Shown piece after piece: positions 40,559-51,474 of a stretch of 64,000 nt of DNA (positions within the stretch are counted from its first letter, which is position 1; each line of letters starts with the position of its first letter). Source of the stretch: Candidatus Multivorans sp. (GTDB lineage Bacteria; Acidobacteriota; Thermoanaerobaculia; Multivoradales; Multivoraceae); the NCBI GenBank assembly GCA_965224025.1, contig OZ245033.1:2944001-3008000 (forward strand), given 5' to 3'. Below the pieces are notes generated by a model. The model did no database searches, was not told the DNA's origin, and was given only the letters and a program-made list of their open reading frames with translations. The position numbers and the translations under genes were made by a program.

Positions 40559-41348
40559 ATGAGAGCCTCCACGGACAGCCGACATCGTCTCTATGTGCAA
40601 GCGGCGATCGACTACATCGCCGACCACAGCAACGAGCCGGTTCGACTCGAGGATCTGGCCCGCTACATCGGCCTGTCGCCCACCTACCTGCAGAGGATCT
40701 TCCGCGCGCAGGTCGGGGAGTCGCCCGCGGAGTACGGGCGGCGTGGCACCTGAGTCGAGCGGGAGCGACCGTCACGGACGTGGCCCTGGACTCCGGCTAC
40801 AAAGCGCCGGAAGCGTTCACCCGGGCCTTTCGTTCGCGGTTCGGCGTTCGCCGAGCGAGTATCGGCGAGGGGTTCGAGCCCGGCGTCGGGAGCGAACGGA
40901 GCCCTTCGAAATCGTGCGACGTCCGCCGTCCCGGGCTGCCTGCGTTCGCTTCGTCGGGCCCTACGACGAAGCGAACGATGCCTACGACCATCTCCGGCAC
41001 TGGGCGGAGCCCCTGGGTTTGCTCGAAGGCCGGAACACGCTCGGTATCTACTGGGACGATCAGACGATCACGGATTCCGAAAAGACGCGGTCGGACGCCG
41101 CGATCGAAGTGCCGGACGATCTGGAGCGGGTGGTCGGTCCGGGCATCCAGGAGCGCCATCTTCCGGGCGGCGCCTACGCCCTGGTGCGGCATTGCGGCCC
41201 GGCCTCGGTGCGTGAGACCTACGAGGCCTGGTTTCGCGACTGGTCTCCCCGCTACGGCTGGAAGCCGGACGCGCGGCCGATGATCGTGGAGTTCAGCCGC
41301 GGTGGTGATTGGTCCGAAGCGTCGTTGTATGTGGCCGTGACCCGATAG
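40559..41348 (+). pseudogene. AraC/GyrI-like regulator with a short deletion (~40740) and a frameshift (~40847)
   Basis: Three frames carry consecutive parts: LEDLARYIGLSPTYLQRIF..ESPAEYGRR / AAWHL..VTDVALDSGY..AFTRAF / SPSEYRR..GPY..LPGGAYA. Confidence 0.82.
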
Positions 41349-41396
41349 GCGCTGTTCGGCCGTGGGAGTTCGCGCCCGGGATGTACCATTGGGCCC

Positions 41397-41630
41397 ATGA
41401 CGCAACGCCGACTAGCCAGCCGAGGTTCCGCCTACACTGCCGTCGTAGAACGCTGTCCCGACACCGGTTCCTACGTTGGCTACGTACCGGGTCTGTCCGG
41501 CGCCCACAGCCAGGCCGAGACACTTGAGGAGCTCAACGCGAATCTCCGTGAGGTCATCGGTCTGATCCTCGAGGACGGACCGCCTCCCATTACGGGAGAG
41601 TTTGTCGGCACGCAGGTCGTCGTCGCGTAA
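41397..41630 (+). CDS. hicB: HicB family antitoxin
   Basis: YTAVVERCPDTGSYVGYVPGLSGAHSQAETLEELNANLREVI. Confidence 0.82.
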   Translation: MTQRRLASRGSAYTAVVERCPDTGSYVGYVPGLSGAHSQAETLEELNANLREVIGLILEDGPPPITGEFVGTQVVVA

Positions 41631-41637
41631 GGGGCGC

Positions 41638-41715
41638 GTGGCACCGATTCCCGTCCTGAAGGCGCGCGGGACCGTCCCCGTCCTACGAGTCGCCTTCACA
41701 GAGGAGCCGCAATGA
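41638..41715 (+). pseudogene. Possible truncated HicA toxin remnant
   Basis: GTG ORF right after hicB reads MAPIPVLKARG.., resembling HicA N-termini, but lacks the GSH motif and stops on the next ATG. Confidence 0.45.
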
Positions 41716-42311
41716 CCGATGTCGCCATAGCCGATCCGGAACTCCACACGGGCGATGAGGCGGTCCTTCGCCAGGCCACGTTCAGCCCGAAGGTACGCAC
41801 CTACTGGTTGCTGACGGGGGCGTTGATCCTGACGGTTTCCATCGTCGGGATCCCGTTCCTCATCTTCTGGTTCCCCATCGGATACGTGCTCACGGGCCGC
41901 TACATGGAGCGCCTCCGCTGTGTGCTGACCGAGAAGAACCTCCACGTCGCCCGCGGTGTGCTGGTCCGGCAGGAGAAGACGGTTCCCCTGGACAAGATCA
42001 CGGACCTGGCGATGTCCCACGGGCCGATCATGAGGTCCCTCGGCCTGCGCGGGCTGTCAGTCGAGACGGCCGGCCAGTCCGGCCCTGGCAGCCTGATCAA
42101 GCTGGTCGGCATCGAGGGAACCGAGGAGTTCCGGGCCGCGGTACTGGCCCAACGCGAGCGCGTCGGAGCATCGGGTGGGGCATTGTCCGCTCCGTCACCT
42201 GCGGCCGCGGCTGCGGGTGAAGCGGCGGTGGAGTCCGGCAAGCTGCTGACGGAGATCAGGGACGCGCTGTTGCGGATCGAACGGCGGCTGGACGGCAACT
42301 CCGGAGGATAG
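41712..42311 (+). CDS. Bacterial PH-domain membrane protein
   Basis: Two TM helices then RGVLVRQEKTVPLDKITD..GPIMRSLG..VETAG; GAGGAG SD. Confidence 0.8.
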   Translation: MTDVAIADPELHTGDEAVLRQATFSPKVRTYWLLTGALILTVSIVGIPFLIFWFPIGYVLTGRYMERLRCVLTEKNLHVARGVLVRQEKTVPLDKITDLAMSHGPIMRSLGLRGLSVETAGQSGPGSLIKLVGIEGTEEFRAAVLAQRERVGASGGALSAPSPAAAAAGEAAVESGKLLTEIRDALLRIERRLDGNSGG

Positions 42312-42363
42312 GGTGCCGCGGCCGGCGCGAGGCCGGTGCAGAAGCCACGACCCGGAGCCGACC

Positions 42364-43383
42364 ATGACCGAGAACCGCCAGATCATCATCGATTCGCTGC
42401 CCAAGGACCGGCTCGAACCGGGCAACTACGCGCTGCGGACGGTGGAGGCGCCTGCGCCGGGCGACGGCGAAGTGCTGTGCCGCACGCTGGCGATCACGAT
42501 CGGCGCCGGCCAGCGCGCCGGTCTCCAGGGCAGTGCGAGCTACGCCGGAGCGCCGCGCGCAGGAATCGTGATGGGCGGCACCGCGGTGGCTCGGGTCGAA
42601 CAGTCGAGAGACGACGCGGTGCCGGCCGGGGCGCTCGTCGTCTGTCCGGCCGGTTGGCAGGACTACTCGGTGCACGAGGCATCGAAGGTGCGCGTAGTCG
42701 ATGACGGCGGCGGCGACAGCGTCGGCGACCCGGCCCACCACCTCGGCGTCTACGGCACGAACGGGCTGACCGCCTACTTCGGGCTGTTCGATGTCGGCGA
42801 GCCGAAGGAGGGCCAGACGGTCCTGGTTTCGGCGGCCGCCGGTTCGGTCGGCCACCTGGTCGGCCAGATGGCGAAGATCGCCGGCTGCCGGGTCGTCGGC
42901 GTCGCCGGCGGCGAGGCGAAATGCCGCCTGCTCACCGAGGAGTTGGGCTTCGACGCCGCGGTGGACTACAAGAGCCCCAACTTCCGGCTCGAGTTCAAGG
43001 AAGCGCTGCCCGAGCGCATCGACATCTACTTCGACAACACCGGCGGCGAGGTGCTGGGCGGCGCGTTGCGGCGGATGAAGACCCACGGCCGCATCGTCTG
43101 CTGCGGCGTGGTCTCCCAGTACGACACCTCGAGCCCGTCGCCGGGGCCGCGGGGTGTGCCGGGTCTGCTGATCAACTTCCGCATCCGCATGGAGGGTTTC
43201 CTGGTCTTCGACTACGCGGACCGCTACGGCGATGGCCGGGCTCGGATGCGGGAATGGGTCGAAGCCGGGAAGCTGGTTCCGAAGCAGGACGTGTTCGAAG
43301 GGCTCGAACGGGCGCCGGAGGCGTTCGTCGACCTGCTGGCGGGCGGCAACGTCGGTACGCGGATCGTGCGGGTGGCCTCGTGA
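42364..43383 (+). CDS. NADP-dependent oxidoreductase (CurA/prostaglandin reductase-like MDR)
   Basis: GLTAYFGL, VSAAAGSVG, YFDNTGG, CGVVSQY. Confidence 0.9.
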   Translation: MTENRQIIIDSLPKDRLEPGNYALRTVEAPAPGDGEVLCRTLAITIGAGQRAGLQGSASYAGAPRAGIVMGGTAVARVEQSRDDAVPAGALVVCPAGWQDYSVHEASKVRVVDDGGGDSVGDPAHHLGVYGTNGLTAYFGLFDVGEPKEGQTVLVSAAAGSVGHLVGQMAKIAGCRVVGVAGGEAKCRLLTEELGFDAAVDYKSPNFRLEFKEALPERIDIYFDNTGGEVLGGALRRMKTHGRIVCCGVVSQYDTSSPSPGPRGVPGLLINFRIRMEGFLVFDYADRYGDGRARMREWVEAGKLVPKQDVFEGLERAPEAFVDLLAGGNVGTRIVRVAS

Positions 43384-43435
43384 TCGGGCCGTACTGGTCG
43401 CGGTCCACAATCGCAGTCTCGTCAGAGGGGAAGAC

Positions 43436-44719
43436 ATGAACCGAGCGGCATTCTGGACCCTGGCGCTCGTCGCCGTGATGGCATGGGCGTGCGCCGGCCC
43501 TGCGAGCGAAGATGTGTACGACGCCGACCCGTCGCCCGAGGCGCTACTCGAACAAGCTCGAGCCATCCATGAACGCGTGCTGGTCCTCGATGCCCACGCG
43601 GATACAGAGCTTCCGGACGCGCCGTCTCCCTACGTCGGCGACGACGGGCTGTCCCAGGTCGCGCCGGCGAAGCTGCACGCGGGCGGCGTCGATGCGGTCG
43701 TCATGTCCGTCGCGGTTGGCGCCGGACCGAGGACGCCGGAAGGCTACGCCGCAGCCCGCGCGAGGGCGGAGGCGGAGGTTGCGGCCGTTCTCGAGTTGGC
43801 GGCCGACCCCGCGAACAACGCGGTGGTCGCCCGTTCGGCGGACGAGCTGGTCGCGGCCCACGAGGAGGGGGAGGCGGCGCTCATTCTCGGATTCCAGAAT
43901 GCCATGATCCTCGGTACGGACGTCTCGGCGCTGGACGACTTCTACGCTGCCGGAGCACGGGTGTTCGCGCTCACACACCTGGGGCACAACGACTTCGCCG
44001 ATTCGTCCCGGCCCGTCTTCGATGCGGCCACGGGTACTCACGAAGCGGTCGAGCACGGCGGGCTGTCCGAACTGGGCGTCGCGGCCATCGAGCGGATCAA
44101 CGCACTTGGAGGGGTTGTCGACGTCACCCAATTGTCCCGGGACGCGGCCCGGCAGGTCCTTGAGATCTCGAAGGCGCCCGTGATCGCCAGCCACTCGAAC
44201 GTGAGACAGCTCACCGACGTCAGCCGCAACCTGAGCGACGAGGAGATCGACGGCATCGGCGCCATCGGCGGCGTCATCCACGTCTGCCCGTTCCGGGGCT
44301 ACCTCTACGACTCCAACGATGCGGCGCTGGATGCGGCGATCCGGGAGGCGCGGCGCGCCGCCGGCGTCCTGGAGGACTACCTCTATCCCTTCGAGCTGTA
44401 CTGGGAGATCGACGATCCCGGCGCTCGCTCAGCCTTCACGCAGTCGATCAGCGATCTCCTCGGCCCCGGCAGCGTGGACGCGATGCTCGACCACCTCGAC
44501 TACATCGTCGAACGGATCGGCGTCGACCACGTCGGCATCGGATCAGACTTCAACCATGGCGGCGGGGTCGAAGGCTTCGCGGACGCCAGCGAAGCTCTGG
44601 GAGTGACGGTGGGTCTGCTCGAGCGCGGCTACCGCGAGGAGGACATCGCGAAGATCTGGGGCGGCAACTTCCTCAGGGTGATGCGCGCGGCTGAAGGCGC
44701 GAGGAGTTCGGACGAGTAG
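43436..44719 (+). CDS. Membrane dipeptidase (peptidase M19), putative lipoprotein
   Basis: LDAHAD, ASHSN, RNLSDEE, HVGIGSDFNHGGG, KIWGGNFLRV; AWAC lipobox-like. Confidence 0.88.
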   Translation: MNRAAFWTLALVAVMAWACAGPASEDVYDADPSPEALLEQARAIHERVLVLDAHADTELPDAPSPYVGDDGLSQVAPAKLHAGGVDAVVMSVAVGAGPRTPEGYAAARARAEAEVAAVLELAADPANNAVVARSADELVAAHEEGEAALILGFQNAMILGTDVSALDDFYAAGARVFALTHLGHNDFADSSRPVFDAATGTHEAVEHGGLSELGVAAIERINALGGVVDVTQLSRDAARQVLEISKAPVIASHSNVRQLTDVSRNLSDEEIDGIGAIGGVIHVCPFRGYLYDSNDAALDAAIREARRAAGVLEDYLYPFELYWEIDDPGARSAFTQSISDLLGPGSVDAMLDHLDYIVERIGVDHVGIGSDFNHGGGVEGFADASEALGVTVGLLERGYREEDIAKIWGGNFLRVMRAAEGARSSDE

Positions 44720-44745
44720 CCCGGGAACGCGGGCGTCTCGCCCGC
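44720..44745. repeat. REP-like palindrome
   Basis: CCCGGGAACGCGGGCGTCTCGCCCGC right after a stop codon; related copies at 51957 and 60822. Confidence 0.65.
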
Positions 44746-44839
44746 CTCCGGGTGTGGAGTCCGCTGTAGCAGGTGGCGCCACGGAGTGAGGTGGCGTTAC
44801 ACTAGATCGACCAGTTCAGTTCCGATTTGGAGGTCCCGA

Positions 44840-45943
44840 ATGATGAAGCGCTTCGCAAGCCTGCTGTCGATAGCCGTCCTCGTTCTCGTCTGTGTCCCGG
44901 CCGTGGTTGCTCAGGACGACGGGATTCCGCGAACCGCGAGCGGCAGACCCGATCTGACTGGAAGCTACAACGCAGCCACCCTGACTCCTCTCGAACGGCC
45001 AGCGCAGTTCGGCGAGCGGGCCTACCTGACGCCCGAGGAGGCCCAGGCGATCGCCGACGAGGAGCGCGCGATCCAGGAAGGCGCGGTCGAGCCGTCGGAC
45101 GCGGCTCGCGAGGCGCCGCCCGAGGGAGGCGCCAAGGTGGTCGGCCTGGAGCACACCGCTGGCGGCGGCAACGAGTTCGGCGCCGGCAACGTGGGCGGCT
45201 ACAACCTGTTCTGGATCGATCGGGGAACCGACGCCTACCGCGTCGACGGCCAGATCCCGACCTCGATCATCCTCGATCCTCCGAATGGCCGCATGCCGCC
45301 AATGACTCCGGCGGCGCAGAAGAAGATGATGGACGCCTTCGCGAGTTTCCTGCGTCCCAACGATGGGACCGCTTGGTGGGTCGAACAGGACGGGCCCGGC
45401 CCGTACGAAGGGCCCGAGACGCTCCCGCTGAGCGAGCGGTGCCTTGCCGGCTTCACTGGCGCCGCGCCCACCCTTCCGAGTCTGTACAACAACTTCAAGA
45501 GGATCGTCCAGACCGACACGCATGTCGTCATCCTCCTGGAGATGATCCATGACGCCCGTGTCGTGCGCCTCGACTCCGAGCATGAGGCTCCCGAGGTCAC
45601 GAAGTGGCTGGGCGACTCGATCGGCTGGTGGGAGGGCGACACGCTTGTCGTCGATACAACGAACTTCCGTTCCGAACCGGCATTCCGTGGAGGCTCGGAG
45701 AACACGCACGTCGTCGAGCGCTTCGCCCTGCAGCACGACGGCAGCGTGATCTACAACTTCACGGTCGAGGACGACACGGTGTGGACTGCACCCTGGACCG
45801 GCGAGTACCTGTGGCAGGCGAGCGACGATCGTGTCTACGAGTACGCGTGCCACGAAGGCAACTACTCCATGGGCGGCACCCTGCGCGGCGCCCGGGTCCT
45901 CGAGGCGGACGCGCTGAGCGGAGAGAGCACCGGCGCCGAGTAA
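44840..45943 (+). CDS. Exported hypothetical 'ACHEGN'-family protein
   Basis: GGAGG SD, signal peptide, GRPDLTG, DPPNGRMPP, LSERC, WLGDSIGWWEGDTLVVDTTNF, YEYACHEGNY. Confidence 0.85.
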   Translation: MMKRFASLLSIAVLVLVCVPAVVAQDDGIPRTASGRPDLTGSYNAATLTPLERPAQFGERAYLTPEEAQAIADEERAIQEGAVEPSDAAREAPPEGGAKVVGLEHTAGGGNEFGAGNVGGYNLFWIDRGTDAYRVDGQIPTSIILDPPNGRMPPMTPAAQKKMMDAFASFLRPNDGTAWWVEQDGPGPYEGPETLPLSERCLAGFTGAAPTLPSLYNNFKRIVQTDTHVVILLEMIHDARVVRLDSEHEAPEVTKWLGDSIGWWEGDTLVVDTTNFRSEPAFRGGSENTHVVERFALQHDGSVIYNFTVEDDTVWTAPWTGEYLWQASDDRVYEYACHEGNYSMGGTLRGARVLEADALSGESTGAE

Positions 45944-46009
45944 GGCCGCGCCGGTACGGCGCCGACCAGGTACGGCGTCGGTACGGCGGCGGTAGCACCC
46001 GCCCGTCTT

Positions 46010-46170
46010 GGGTCAGGAGGGGTCAGCTCCCAGGTGGCGTGAGCGTTTGAGAGGAGATGGGAGGGGGCTACGCTCACTCCGCTTCACTCGCTCCGGTTCG
46101 GCGTCGGTTAGTTCAATGTCGTTGGGCGTCGCTCGTTCAGAGGCACCTGGGAGCTGACCCCTCCTGACCC
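46010..46170. repeat. Perfect 27-bp inverted repeat pair enclosing 107 bp
   Basis: GGGTCAGGAGGGGTCAGCTCCCAGGTG (46010-46036) and its exact reverse complement (46144-46170). Confidence 0.85.
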
Positions 46171-46294
46171 GACTGGGCTGGAAGTCGGTGCCGAGCGGGC
46201 TGATTACGACGGGGAGCACGCCGCCTTCAACCTGACGTGGCGCGAAGAGCCCAAGAGGAAGATCAAGAGCCACACGAAGCTGGGCACGCTAACG

Positions 46295-46600
46295 ATGCCT
46301 GGCTATTCCACCCACGCCGGCGACCACAGTCACGAGTACGGGAACTTCCCTGACCCTCGTAGTCAGACCGGGGGGTACGTGGAGAGGGCCATGAAAGCCA
46401 AGAGTAGGGAGGACGGGCGGTTCCGGGAGCGAGTTTCGGAGTGGCAAGGTGTGGCGCCCAAGACCGCCTATGACCAGTGGAGGCGGAACCGGGTTCAGAT
46501 CGTGAGGAATGCGTGGAAAAGGGAAGGTCGCAGCGAAGCTCCCCTGTTTGAGATGGAGGAGTGGTACGAGCAGAGACGCGGTGCTGCCGCCAGCTCCTGA
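46295..46600 (+). CDS. Hypothetical protein, probably a 5'-truncated remnant
   Basis: Frame stays open upstream to the inverted repeat without a good start; no family recognised. Confidence 0.4.
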   Translation: MPGYSTHAGDHSHEYGNFPDPRSQTGGYVERAMKAKSREDGRFRERVSEWQGVAPKTAYDQWRRNRVQIVRNAWKREGRSEAPLFEMEEWYEQRRGAAASS

Positions 46601-46648
46601 AGGAGTCGCCTGGTGTCCGGAGCCGTATCCGCGGGCAGAGAGGACATC

Positions 46649-46941
46649 GTGACGTCGGAGGCTCAAGACCGCTGCCGTGGCCTCATGGTCGGCCTCGGCA
46701 TCGGCAACGTCCTTGGCGTGCCACAGGAGGGTTGGCCACGTCGGACGGTCGAGGCTTGCTACCCAACGGAATCCGTGAGTTCGAACTAGGACTCGGTGAG
46801 CCCGACGACGACGATCTGGCCCAGGCGGTCATCCTGGCGGAGGCGGTCATCCTGGCGGAGGCGGTCATCCTGGCGGAGGCGGTCATCCTGGCGGAGGCGG
46901 CCATCGACGCACGCGCTGGCCGAGCGCTCGGCCGGTGCTAG
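46649..46941 (+). pseudogene. ADP-ribosylglycohydrolase N-terminal remnant
   Basis: GAGAGGA SD, DRCRGLMVGLGIGNVLGVPQEGW; frameshift at CCC 46762-46764 into GEPDDDDLAQAVILAEA; truncated. Confidence 0.65.
46823..46905. repeat. 18-bp tandem repeat, 4 exact copies plus a partial copy
   Basis: AGGCGGTCATCCTGGCGG x4 (AVILAE in frame). Confidence 0.95.
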
Positions 46942-47354
46942 CGGATGAGTTGCGCTGAACCGGTAAGTCCCGCGGCGGTCATGGCCTGAGCGAGGGTCTT
47001 GTCGGCGGTTGCGAGCGGGCAGTCGAGTTGTTGGGCCAGCGCCGCGTAGACGGCGTCGTACACGGTGAGGTCCAAGGCGAAAGCCAAGCTGCGGGCCGGT
47101 GGGATGAGTTCGGCCAGTGGCGTCAGCATCATCGGCACGGCGGCTAGCGTCTGAAACGCGACGTCGGCGTCGGGTCGTGACAGAGCGCCCCGGCGGACCT
47201 TCGTCCAGAGAACGTTCGCGGCTTCCAGCAGCAAGAAGTCCGGGGCGTGAAGGACATCCCGGTCCAGGAGTTCGAGGGCGTCAGGGCTGCCTTCCTCTTC
47301 GAGAACCCACTTCAAGGCGGCACTGGCGTCAACGACGACGCGTTGGAGCGGCAA
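46938..47354 (-). CDS. vapC: PIN-domain toxin (VapC/FitB-like)
   Basis: VVVDASAALKW, EAANVLW, TVYDAVYAALA, LATAD. Confidence 0.88.
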   Translation of the reverse strand: MPLQRVVVDASAALKWVLEEEGSPDALELLDRDVLHAPDFLLLEAANVLWTKVRRGALSRPDADVAFQTLAAVPMMLTPLAELIPPARSLAFALDLTVYDAVYAALAQQLDCPLATADKTLAQAMTAAGLTGSAQLIR

Positions 47355-47360
47355 GGCGGG

Positions 47361-47612
47361 TCAGCCCGAGAGGTCGTGGGCTCTTCCGTCCCGCAGTTTC
47401 CGAACCAGATGCTCGACGGGCTCGTCGTCGTCGTGGGCTATCGCCGCACGGACGGCGTTGAGCCGAGCCCGCGTTGCTTCCCGGTCGATGCCCACGGCCA
47501 TCGCCAGCGACCGGCGCGCTTCTTCCTCGGTTGACGTGCCTGCGGCCGCTGCGCGGCGCCGCAAGGCCTGCACTACTGCTTCGTCGACGTTGCGTATGGT
47601 GAGTTGGCCCAC
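47361..47612 (-). CDS. FitA-like ribbon-helix-helix antitoxin
   Basis: GTG start, GQLTIRNVDEAVVQALRRRAAAAGTSTEEEARRSL. Confidence 0.8.
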   Translation of the reverse strand: MGQLTIRNVDEAVVQALRRRAAAAGTSTEEEARRSLAMAVGIDREATRARLNAVRAAIAHDDDEPVEHLVRKLRDGRAHDLSG

Positions 47613-47621
47613 GGGCCGAGA

Positions 47622-47651
47622 GATTACAATGACAGCGCATTCATTGCAATC
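47622..47651 (-). promoter_or_regulatory. Putative operator and promoter of the FitAB-like module
   Basis: Inverted repeat GATTACAATGA-N8-TCATTGCAATC (1 mismatch) overlapping minus-strand TTGCAA-N17-TAATCT. Confidence 0.6.
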
Positions 47652-47664
47652 ATAGTTGTGGTTG

Positions 47665-48084
47665 CTACTTCGCCGACCCAACCAGCCCCAGCAGCTCGTC
47701 GACCTCCTTCGGCACCGCCGCACTCAGGACTTCCGGCTCGCCTTCGGTGATCAGCACCGTGTCCTCGATGCGGATGTGGATGTTCCGTTCGGGGATCTCG
47801 ATGATCGGCTCGACGGCGATGACCATGCCGGGTTCGAAGGGCAGGGAGCCGTCGCCGACGTCGTGGACGGAGAGGCCGACGAAGTGGCCGGCGCCGTGGG
47901 CCGGCTTGTCTTTGAAGCCCCAGTGGTCGTAGATCTCGCGGCGGATCGCGGTGGTCTCCCGGCGGGTGGCGCCGGGGCGCGTGGCGGCGATGATCGCCTT
48001 CTGGGCTTCGAGGACGGCGCGGTAGGCGCGTTCCTGGACCTCGTCGAACTTCCCGTTCACGGGCCAGGTGCGGGTGATGTCCAT
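47665..48084 (-). pseudogene. C-terminal fragment of Xaa-Pro aminopeptidase (M24)
   Basis: Begins at internal DITRTWPVNGKF; HGAGHFVGLSVHD, AVEP, IRIED; N-terminal part absent. Confidence 0.8.
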
Positions 48085-48292
48085 CGCAGGGATACGGATA
48101 TGTTCGGCCAGCGGTGCATGCCGAAATTCTTAACCGGCAGGTAAGAAGTGCTGCTTACAGGCCAGTATTTTCGGCTCTTGCGCGAAAACTGTTGCAAGAC
48201 GCCGGTTTCTTGGTCGATTGACAGGGCACAGACTAGGAATTGTGTGATCTCTTGAGTCGGGATCCGATTTTCCCGGTCCCGCCGCCGAAATT

Positions 48293-49945
<1,653 letters not shown>

Positions 49946-50007
49946 GGCGCGAGATTAGCCCGGATGAAGGTTGCCGGTGAAGTCCCGCTGGTAGTCTGCG
50001 GCGTGCC

Positions 50008-51168
50008 ATGCGCAGGTCTGTTCCCCTTCTCCTGCTTGCCGCGGCGCTCGCCGGCGGGTGTCTTGGCCCGGGGCTCTTCGTGGAGGTGACCCGGCGCCCC
50101 TGGGGAGAGGTCGACGGCAAGGAGGTCGAGCTGTTCCGCCTTGAATCGCGTTCCGGCGCCAGCGTGGAGATCTCCGAACTGGGCGGCGCGATCGTGTCCC
50201 TGACGGCCGCGGACCGGGACGGCGAGTTCGCCGATGTCGTGCTGGGTTTCAACGACCTCGAATCCTATCTGGCTGACTCGAACCCCTACTTCGGCACGAT
50301 CGTGGGCCGCTACGCGAACCGAATCGCTGGGGGTCGGTTCACGCTCGACGGAGAGACGTACACCTTGCCGCAGAACGACGGGAACAACAGCCTCCACGGC
50401 GGCGTCCGCGGGCTGACCCGGGTCGTCTGGGACGGCGAGCCGATCCGGACCGAACACGGCAGGGGGGTAGCGCTCCGCTACCGGAGTCCGGACGGCGAGG
50501 AGGGCTATCCGGGCAACGTCGACTTCGAAGTGCGCTACGTTTTGGGTTTCAATGCACTCCGCATCGAAGCGGAGGCAGTGACCGATCAACCCACTGTCGT
50601 CAACCTGTCTTTCCACTCCTACTTCAATCTGAAGGGCGAGGGCAAGGGTGACATCCTGGACCACGAAGTCCAGATTCTCGGTGTCGAATACACGCCGGTT
50701 GACGCCAACCTGATTCCCACCGGCGAGACTGCGTCCGTTCTTGGAACGCCGATGGATTTCGTACGCGGAGCGAGGATCGGCGAGCGGATCGACGACGATT
50801 TCGAGCAGCTACGGTTCGGCATGGGCTATGACCACAACTGGTCTATCGACCCCTGGTACAGAGAGGGCGAGCCTGCGCCGGTGGCGGTGCTCTCCGAACC
50901 GACGAGCGGTCGGGTGCTCCAGGTCACGAGCACGGCACCCGGCCTGCAGCTCTACACCGGGAACTTTCTGGACGGCACGCTGGTCGGTAAGAGCGGCCGA
51001 CCGTACGTCCATCGGGGCGGTCTCTGCCTGGAGACGCAGCACTTCCCCGACTCGCCGAACCAACCGGCGTTCCCCAGTACCGTCCTCCGGTCGGGCGAGA
51101 CATACCGCCAGGTAACAGAGTACGTGTTCATGACAGACGACTTTGTTCGCCAGGCCCGCGGGGAGTAG
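50008..51168 (+). CDS. galM: Aldose 1-epimerase (mutarotase), exported
   Basis: GRYANRI, LHGG, HSYFNL, GYDHNW, LQLYTGNFL, CLETQHFPDSPN. Confidence 0.93.
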   Translation: MRRSVPLLLLAAALAGGCLGPGLFVEVTRRPWGEVDGKEVELFRLESRSGASVEISELGGAIVSLTAADRDGEFADVVLGFNDLESYLADSNPYFGTIVGRYANRIAGGRFTLDGETYTLPQNDGNNSLHGGVRGLTRVVWDGEPIRTEHGRGVALRYRSPDGEEGYPGNVDFEVRYVLGFNALRIEAEAVTDQPTVVNLSFHSYFNLKGEGKGDILDHEVQILGVEYTPVDANLIPTGETASVLGTPMDFVRGARIGERIDDDFEQLRFGMGYDHNWSIDPWYREGEPAPVAVLSEPTSGRVLQVTSTAPGLQLYTGNFLDGTLVGKSGRPYVHRGGLCLETQHFPDSPNQPAFPSTVLRSGETYRQVTEYVFMTDDFVRQARGE

Positions 51169-51229
51169 CCTGCCAGGCCGCTGTTCCTCTGACTAAGGAG
51201 GATGAGGCGAGAGAGATTCCTTCGAGCGG

Positions 51230-51259
51230 TTGACGGAGATTCCGAATGGGGGCTATTGT
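51230..51259 (+). promoter_or_regulatory. Putative sigma70 promoter of a vapBC pair
   Basis: TTGACG-N18-TATTGT ending 6 nt before ATG 51266. Confidence 0.5.
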
Positions 51260-51265
51260 GGAGTC

Positions 51266-51469
51266 ATGAAGACCACCGTTGATATTCCTGAACGTGAACT
51301 CGAGGATGCGATCAGGTTCACGAACGCGAAGACGAAGCGCGAGGCGATCGTCGGAGCGATCGCGGACTTCAACCGACGCATGCGCATGGCGGAGCTGGTT
51401 CGATTCGCGGGAACCTGCGACGACCTGATGACGCCTGAAGAGCTCCAGGCGCTTCGCCGCCGTGGTTAG
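51266..51469 (+). CDS. vapB: VapB-type antitoxin
   Basis: MKTTVDIPERELEDAIRFTNAKTKREAI; upstream of a PIN gene. Confidence 0.8.
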   Translation: MKTTVDIPERELEDAIRFTNAKTKREAIVGAIADFNRRMRMAELVRFAGTCDDLMTPEELQALRRRG

Positions 51470-51474
51470 AACGG

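Noticed and set aside
45946-45995. GGTACGGC short repeats as a functional array
   Set aside because: Only three irregularly spaced copies in GC-rich intergenic DNA
46561-46941. 126-aa repeat protein
   Set aside because: Better explained as the frameshifted second part of an ADP-ribosylglycohydrolase remnant with slippage repeats
48085-48290. AT-richer segment as ncRNA or att site
   Set aside because: No recognisable structure; more likely a leftover promoter region at a deletion junction
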